Shown one piece after another: positions 58,355 through 64,000 of a DNA stretch of 64,000 nucleotides. The notes below the pieces were generated by a model, which saw only the letters and a list, made by a program, of their open reading frames with translations, ran no database searches and was not told where the DNA came from. The DNA comes from a bacterium. Its GTDB lineage: Bacteria > Patescibacteriota > Minisyncoccia > Phycocordibacterales > UBA6899. The stretch covers positions 40,614-104,613 of the forward strand of contig JAYUQG010000005.1 in NCBI GenBank assembly GCA_043756865.1. Direction: 5' to 3'. The translations under genes were made by a program, and so were the position numbers. The first letter of the stretch is position 1; every line of letters starts with the position of its first letter.

Positions 58355-58891
58355 ATGTCAATGATTCGCACACTTTCAATGCTCGCACTGTCACTTTTTG
58401 CACTTACCGCCAACGCAAAGGACACGGTGGTGCTTTGTAAAAACTATGACGATTACGCTTCCAGAAGCGCGTTTGATGAATCTTTTCAAAGACTCATGGA
58501 GCAGGGTTACAGCCCGAAGCTACTAGCAAAAACAGTCAAAAAGTCCACGTTGACCTATGTTGGCACTGGCTTACGACTTGGTATGGGGCCCAAAGACAGA
58601 CGTATCATTGCAATGGGCGCAGTGGCTGGCTCACCTGCATCACGTATTGAGCTTTTCGAAGGCCGTGCTTGGACCGTCACGTCAATCGATGGGGTTTCGT
58701 CTCTCGAAATGGATATCGAAGATGCACGAAATCTGGTCAGAGGAAGCAAAACAGGCACTGGCGTTGTGCTCAAGTTGGTGCGCCACTCCACCCCATCCGA
58801 AGGCAGGGAATACACCCGCTATGTCGAGCGCGATCGCATCACGATTCCCGTTGAGACCACGTGCTATACATTCAGACTCACAAAAAAGTAA
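58355..58891 (+). CDS. Secreted stand-alone PDZ-domain protein (CtpA-like PDZ)
   Basis: Signal peptide; YVGTGL...GSPA...SIDG...VRG..GTGVVLKLVR. Confidence 0.75.
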   Translation: MSMIRTLSMLALSLFALTANAKDTVVLCKNYDDYASRSAFDESFQRLMEQGYSPKLLAKTVKKSTLTYVGTGLRLGMGPKDRRIIAMGAVAGSPASRIELFEGRAWTVTSIDGVSSLEMDIEDARNLVRGSKTGTGVVLKLVRHSTPSEGREYTRYVERDRITIPVETTCYTFRLTKK

Positions 58892-58950
58892 AACAAACGA
58901 CCAATGGGTCGTTTTTTGTTTCGCTAAGCTTGTGATAAACTAAAATTGCT

Positions 58951-59853
58951 ATGGAAGACCTCACTAATCGTCAAATTGTGCTGCTTACTATGCTCACTTC
59001 GTTTGTGGTTTCAACCGCAACAGGAATAATCACTGTCGCGATGCTGGAAGAAGCTCCACAGACATTAACCCAAACAGTGAATCGTGTTGTTGAGCGCACA
59101 ATTGAGCGTGTGGTCACAGGTACTACGACGCCCGAGAAGCCAGCACCTGCTCCTGTGACAACGGTGACCAAAGAAGTAACTATATTCGCAAAAGAAGATG
59201 ACCTCATAATTTCAGCCGTTGAAAAGAATCAACCCCGCATCGCGCTCATCTTCGAAGATACTTCTGCCACTGGGACTGAGCCCCTTTCTCGAGGTTTCGT
59301 TATCTCCCGAGATGGATTTATTGCAACCGACAGGCGCGCAATCGATGCTGAAGGCAAGCTCCGGGATACATACCGCGTATTAATTGGAAGCACCTATTAT
59401 CGAGCTACGTCGATTGCAATAGACAAGGACGATACAACCACTATTGCATTTCTTAAGTTATCAGAGTTGAAGGCGAGCGAGACACTCGATGCGGTTTCAT
59501 TTGGTACCCAAGCTAACCCACGTGTTGCGCAGACAGTTATCGTATTTGGCGGGGGCGACGGCTCTAGCATTTGGAAGACAAATCTTTCAAAATTAAGATA
59601 TACCAAAACCTCAAGCACTTCCACCGCTACAGCAATTGCAGGGATTGAAGCAAGCCCCAGAATACCTCCCGAGTATAGTGGCGCATTGGTGCTCAATCTC
59701 GATGGGCAAGCAGTCGGTATCGTCATCGAAGAGTCTGAAAACAGTAGAATAATCTACCCCTCATCGCACATATTAGACTGGGTCAAACGTATGCAGACTG
59801 CACCCCCGAGTGCCACAGAATCTAAGCCCAGTACACCCAAAGGAGCTACGTGA
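58951..59853 (+). CDS. HtrA/trypsin-like membrane protein with degenerate catalytic motifs
   Basis: TM; GFVISRDGFIATD (His absent) and YSGALVLNLDGQAVGI. Confidence 0.78.
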   Translation: MEDLTNRQIVLLTMLTSFVVSTATGIITVAMLEEAPQTLTQTVNRVVERTIERVVTGTTTPEKPAPAPVTTVTKEVTIFAKEDDLIISAVEKNQPRIALIFEDTSATGTEPLSRGFVISRDGFIATDRRAIDAEGKLRDTYRVLIGSTYYRATSIAIDKDDTTTIAFLKLSELKASETLDAVSFGTQANPRVAQTVIVFGGGDGSSIWKTNLSKLRYTKTSSTSTATAIAGIEASPRIPPEYSGALVLNLDGQAVGIVIEESENSRIIYPSSHILDWVKRMQTAPPSATESKPSTPKGAT

Positions 59854-59925
59854 CCAAGAAGCGGTGGGTATTGACATAGTCTGCAAATATTGTATTCTGT
59901 AGTTCACAAGCATAATTCAAATACC

Positions 59926-62610
59926 ATGCCACCATTCAACAACTTTACAACCAAAGCGCGCGACGCAATCCGAAAAGCCCACGAACTCGCCATAGAACGC
60001 GGGCAAACGCATGTTACACCATCACACCTTTTAGCTGGGCTCGTCTTGCAGGAAGAGAGTATGGTGCTTTCTATTCTTGAAAAACTAGATATCGACCCAA
60101 TGCTCATGACGGAGTCGATTATCGAGTCACTCGAAGATGGTACTCCTATTGGGACACAGACCGCCTCCTCGTACCAGCTTTACCTCACACCAGAGCTCGC
60201 TCAGGTGCTTGAATCTTCCCAGGGGGTCGCCAAGGAACTCTCTGACCAATTCATATCCACGGAGCATCTTTTTCTTTCACTCATGAATGTGCCCTCGGGT
60301 GCGCAAGAGCTTATTGCAAAGTTTCGCATCGACAAAGATGGCGTACTCCGTGTTCTTTATGAACTCCGCGACAGTGGGGCAGGTGAGACAGGTGGACCAC
60401 AGAAACTCCGTGCTATCGGAAAGTATACACGCTCACTTACGAAACTCGCTCGGGAAGACAAGCTCGACCCCGTCATAGGCCGCGATGAAGAAATCAGCCG
60501 CCTTATACAAATCCTTTCACGCAGAACGAAGAACAACCCTATCTTAATAGGTGAAGCAGGAACGGGTAAAACCGCAGTCGTGGAAGGCTTGGCACAGCGT
60601 ATATCAAAAGGGGATATTCCTGAATTTCTTCGTGACAAGGATTTGGTCTCACTCGATCTCGGACTCCTTATCGCAGGTACAAAGTATCGTGGAGAGTTTG
60701 AAGAGCGCTTGAAGTCCATCATGAAAGAAGTGGAGCGTTCAGAAGGGAAAATTATTCTCTTTATCGACGAGATACACACAATAGTGGGTGCAGGCGCCGC
60801 AGAAGGTGCCATGGATGCCTCAAACATGCTTAAGCCCGCGCTCGCGCGGGGTGAACTTCGCGCTATTGGTGCAACCACAATCAAGGAATATCAAAAGCAT
60901 ATTGAAAAAGACCCTGCCCTCACCCGACGCTTCCAGCCGGTGTATGTAAACGAGCCGAATATTCCTGATGCAGTTGCTATTTTACGTGGACTCAAGGAGA
61001 AGTATGAAATATTTCATGGTGTCAAAATTACCGATGATGCCATACTTGCTGCGGTGAATCTTTCGAGTCGCTATATTGCGGACCGATTTCTTCCTGATAA
61101 GGCGGTTGACCTTATCGACGAGGCAGCTTCATCACTCCGCATTGAGCTTGAAAACAAGCCAACTATACTTGAGACTACACATCGCAAAATCATGCGACTG
61201 GAGATAGAGAATGAGGCATTGAAGCAAGAGAGCGAAGGCGATGAAGGAAAGAAAGCGAAGTCGCGCATGAAAATCATCGAAAGAGAAATTGCCGACTTGA
61301 AAGAGGCGACACGAGAGTTCGAACTAAAATGGAAAAACGAAAAGGAACTCGTGCTTGCGCTACGAAATATTAAAAAAGAGCTCGAGACAATGCGTCTTGA
61401 GGCCGAGAACGCAGAATTGCGCTCTGATTTGGCCAAAGCAGCTGAAATTCGTTACGGTAAAATTCCCTCGCTTGAAAAATCACTCACCGACAAAACTGCA
61501 AAGCTCAAAAAGCTACAAAGTTCACGCCGCATTCTCCATGAGGAGGTTACCGAGCAAGATATTGCAAAAGTAGTTGCAAAGTGGACGGGTATCCCGCTCT
61601 CGCGCATGCTCGAAGAAGAAGCATCAAAGCTCGGCCGTATTGAAGATGAACTCAAGCGACGTGTTGTTGGGCAGGACGCCGCAATTCAGAAAATAGCTGA
61701 TGCTATCAAACGCTCGCGTGTGGGTATTGCAGATCCGGGACGTCCAATCGGTTCCTTCCTCTTCCTTGGGCCCACTGGTGTGGGAAAGACAGAGCTAACA
61801 AAAGCCCTCAGTAACTTCCTCTTTGATGACGAAAAGGCGATGATTCGGGTAGACATGTCCGAATACATGGAGAAGTTTGCTGTTTCGAAGCTCATTGGGG
61901 CGCCACCAGGCTATGTGGGCTATGAGGAGTCAGGTAACCTCACCGAGCAAGTACGTCATCGACCATACTCCGTTATTCTTTTTGATGAAATAGAGAAGGC
62001 ACATCCCGAAGTATTTAATATCCTCCTTCAGGTACTTGATGATGGCCGGCTCACTGACTCGAAAGGCAGAGTGGTGAATTTCAAAAACACGGTTATTGTG
62101 ATGACCTCAAATATTGGAAGTGAGTTTATCGACAAAATGCAGACTATTGGTTTCGGGAATACCTCTGACGGTGATGAATATGCGAACACCAAAGACAAGG
62201 TAATGAACAAACTCAAAGACTTCTTCAGACCCGAGTTCTTGAATCGTCTCGACGACATCATTATGTTCGATATTCTTTCACCCCTCGCGCTCAAAGATAT
62301 TGTCGCCATACAGGTGGAGAAACTGCGTGAGCGTCTCGCAACTAAGGATATCAAGCTCACTATCTCACCTGATGCCATGGAGTATCTTGCAAAAGAGGGC
62401 TATAACCCTAATTACGGTGCTCGACCACTCCGCAGGCTGATACAGGACAAAATCCTCACCCCCGTAGCTTCTACCATCATCAAGGAGCGCATGATGACCG
62501 GAGGACTTGTAACGGTAAACATGAAGGATAACGAGATTCTCATTAAGGTAGAAAAAAGGAAGCAATCCATTCGCTCAAGGATTCAACCAAAGGAGAAGGT
62601 GCGTGCTTAA
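59926..62610 (+). CDS. clpB: ATP-dependent chaperone ClpB
   Basis: Two AAA modules ([16 protein letters not shown]) and a long middle domain ([11 protein letters not shown]). Confidence 0.95.
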   Translation: MPPFNNFTTKARDAIRKAHELAIERGQTHVTPSHLLAGLVLQEESMVLSILEKLDIDPMLMTESIIESLEDGTPIGTQTASSYQLYLTPELAQVLESSQGVAKELSDQFISTEHLFLSLMNVPSGAQELIAKFRIDKDGVLRVLYELRDSGAGETGGPQKLRAIGKYTRSLTKLAREDKLDPVIGRDEEISRLIQILSRRTKNNPILIGEAGTGKTAVVEGLAQRISKGDIPEFLRDKDLVSLDLGLLIAGTKYRGEFEERLKSIMKEVERSEGKIILFIDEIHTIVGAGAAEGAMDASNMLKPALARGELRAIGATTIKEYQKHIEKDPALTRRFQPVYVNEPNIPDAVAILRGLKEKYEIFHGVKITDDAILAAVNLSSRYIADRFLPDKAVDLIDEAASSLRIELENKPTILETTHRKIMRLEIENEALKQESEGDEGKKAKSRMKIIEREIADLKEATREFELKWKNEKELVLALRNIKKELETMRLEAENAELRSDLAKAAEIRYGKIPSLEKSLTDKTAKLKKLQSSRRILHEEVTEQDIAKVVAKWTGIPLSRMLEEEASKLGRIEDELKRRVVGQDAAIQKIADAIKRSRVGIADPGRPIGSFLFLGPTGVGKTELTKALSNFLFDDEKAMIRVDMSEYMEKFAVSKLIGAPPGYVGYEESGNLTEQVRHRPYSVILFDEIEKAHPEVFNILLQVLDDGRLTDSKGRVVNFKNTVIVMTSNIGSEFIDKMQTIGFGNTSDGDEYANTKDKVMNKLKDFFRPEFLNRLDDIIMFDILSPLALKDIVAIQVEKLRERLATKDIKLTISPDAMEYLAKEGYNPNYGARPLRRLIQDKILTPVASTIIKERMMTGGLVTVNMKDNEILIKVEKRKQSIRSRIQPKEKVRA

Positions 62611-62708
62611 CTACTCACACAATTAATTACCCACTGTATATGGCAGTGGGTGATTTGCATTAGAATTCCAAAAGAGTATTATTTGCACAGTGTACAGGAG
62701 AAAAGTTC

Positions 62709-62900
62709 GTGCCAACGGTTACTTTCGTGTTGTATAAAAATTTCCCTATTTCATGTGAAGGAAATGACGTACCAGGTGAAGCAAAGGCCTTAAAGATATG
62801 GATGCGGGACTCTCCTCATCTCCGCGACGAAGCAGAAAAGCTCGCAATGGAGCTTAGTCTGGAACACAAAAAGCACACACAGCTGTGGGAAATCGGATAA
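62709..62900 (+). CDS. Small hypothetical protein
   Basis: AGGAG SD before GTG and a terminator-like CCGGCGC/GCGCCGG after the stop. Confidence 0.5.
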   Translation: MPTVTFVLYKNFPISCEGNDVPGEAKALKIWMRDSPHLRDEAEKLAMELSLEHKKHTQLWEIG

Positions 62901-63189
62901 AAAAACCGGCGCATGCGCCGGTGTTGTTCTGTGCTCAGGAATCAATCCGCGAGCGAAATCAGGAGTTGCCCTGCAATCCCTCCGAGCATGCCGCCGAGGA
63001 ATATGCGCTCGATTGGGCCGCCGCCCATACTGCCCAGAAAAAAATTGAGACTTGCGCCAATCAGTGCGACGAGCAGGATGACCACGAGACGCAAATTGGA
63101 TGAAACTTTTCGCGACATAAAATCCCTTTTGTGCTAAGCCTGCTTGTAAACTACAAACAATCTGGGGGTGTGTCAATTACTCGTAAATA

Positions 63190-63404
63190 GGGAAGAAGGG
63201 CTTCGAATCCAGTCGGGACTAAAGCAGGGCAGGAGTTTCTTCCATTACATGGACGGTACACCCTTCGTATCTCACTTCACTTGCGGACAAGCTTGTTGCG
63301 ATATACTCAGGGTCTTCGAATCCTGCACGAAAGTGCTTCAGAGCACTTTCTCCTACGCACCGACAAAAACGGCACCCCTTGCAGGGTGCTCGTTTTTGTT
63401 TCGG
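63190..63404. repeat. tRNA-Tyr downstream modular repeat region
   Basis: GAAGGGCTTCGAATCC, GTACACCCT..AGGGTCTTCGAA module and an inverted tRNA copy at 63315-63363. Confidence 0.85.
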
Positions 63405-63488
63405 TGCGTAGGGCAGGATTCGAACCTGCGAAGCCCATAGGACGACAGATTTACAGTCTGTTGCGATTGACCACTCCGCCACCTACGC
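63405..63488 (-). tRNA. tRNA-Tyr(GTA)
   Basis: Anticodon arm ACAGA-CTGTAAA-TCTGT, variable arm and GGTTCGAATCC. Confidence 0.96.
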
Positions 63489-63605
63489 ATTTGCGTGGTG
63501 ACAATATAACAGCTAGGGAGTACTTTGTAAATTGCCGTCTATACAGAAAAATACCGTGGTGGTATCGTCGTTGTAGATGTAACAACTTAAATAAAGGTAG
63601 GCAGA

Positions 63606-64000
63606 ATGAATAAAGCCGACTATTTTGTAGACGCCTGCATTCTTATTGCGGAAACTCTCCCTGCCGCTGCGTTCCATTCTGAAGAGTTTCTGGCACAAGA
63701 GCTCGATACTGTATTTCGTACCTCGTGGCAGCTTGTCCCGCTATATGGTGACAGCACTCAGGCGAACGGGGTGCCCATTAGCGAGTCAGTCGCGAAGCCG
63801 CTCACCGTGGCACCATTTCAAATGGGAGATACCCCATTGTTTCTCTCGAGAGACAAAGAGGAAACACTGCATGTACTTCCAAATACGTGCACCCACGCGT
63901 GGTATCGTTTGGTGCATGAGCCGAAGCAGCTTACTAGTGAGCGCATTATGTGCGGACAACACGGCAGACAGTTTGCAGGAGACGGGAGGTTTCTCAAGCA
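63606..64000 (+). CDS. Rieske non-heme oxygenase alpha subunit (choline monooxygenase-like), truncated by the window end
   Basis: My translation: MNKADY...ETLPAAAF...ELDTVFRTSWQ...NTCTH...IMCGQHGRQFAGDG, with CxH..CxxH Rieske ligands. Confidence 0.85.
   Translation, partial: MNKADYFVDACILIAETLPAAAFHSEEFLAQELDTVFRTSWQLVPLYGDSTQANGVPISESVAKPLTVAPFQMGDTPLFLSRDKEETLHVLPNTCTHAWYRLVHEPKQLTSERIMCGQHGRQFAGDGRFLK

Overview
A 64-kb window from a small-genome bacterium using genetic code 11. It is most consistent with Patescibacteria/CPR (Parcubacteria-like). That call is inferred from the ftsZ-ftsA-ybeY-rpsU-hisS-lepB order, a 4-domain S1, a short IF2, an array of VirB2/TrbC-like pilins and an RND pump with no outer-membrane factor. 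Core genes (trxB, ftsZ, ftsA, ybeY, rpsU, hisS, lepB, pth, rpsA, gyrA, rbfA, infB, iscS, sod, clpB) are interspersed with a CusAB-like metal efflux locus, an SBP-HK-dual-receiver sensing module, a GT2-GtrA-PMT-FkbM protein O-glycosylation cluster, eight pilin-like genes, an ECF sigma locus and several self-contained orphan expression cassettes. Six tRNA genes lie on the minus strand, none encoding CCA. The most striking unexplained signals are non-coding. (1) Five of the six tRNAs are followed by an inverted copy of their own T-arm and acceptor 3' strand; in four of them it is interrupted by a 24-26 nt hairpin at the T-stem/acceptor junction. These copies sit in a shared, covarying modular scaffold. 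(2) A ~340-nt GC-rich, multi-helix candidate ncRNA has its own promoter and terminator (30361-30704). (3) A dispersed family of long intergenic hairpins shares a conserved internal-loop motif. (4) A 25-bp duplication of the rpsA 3' end brackets an orphan cassette. All calls are by eye; no database searches or folding computations were run, so novelty is unverified.
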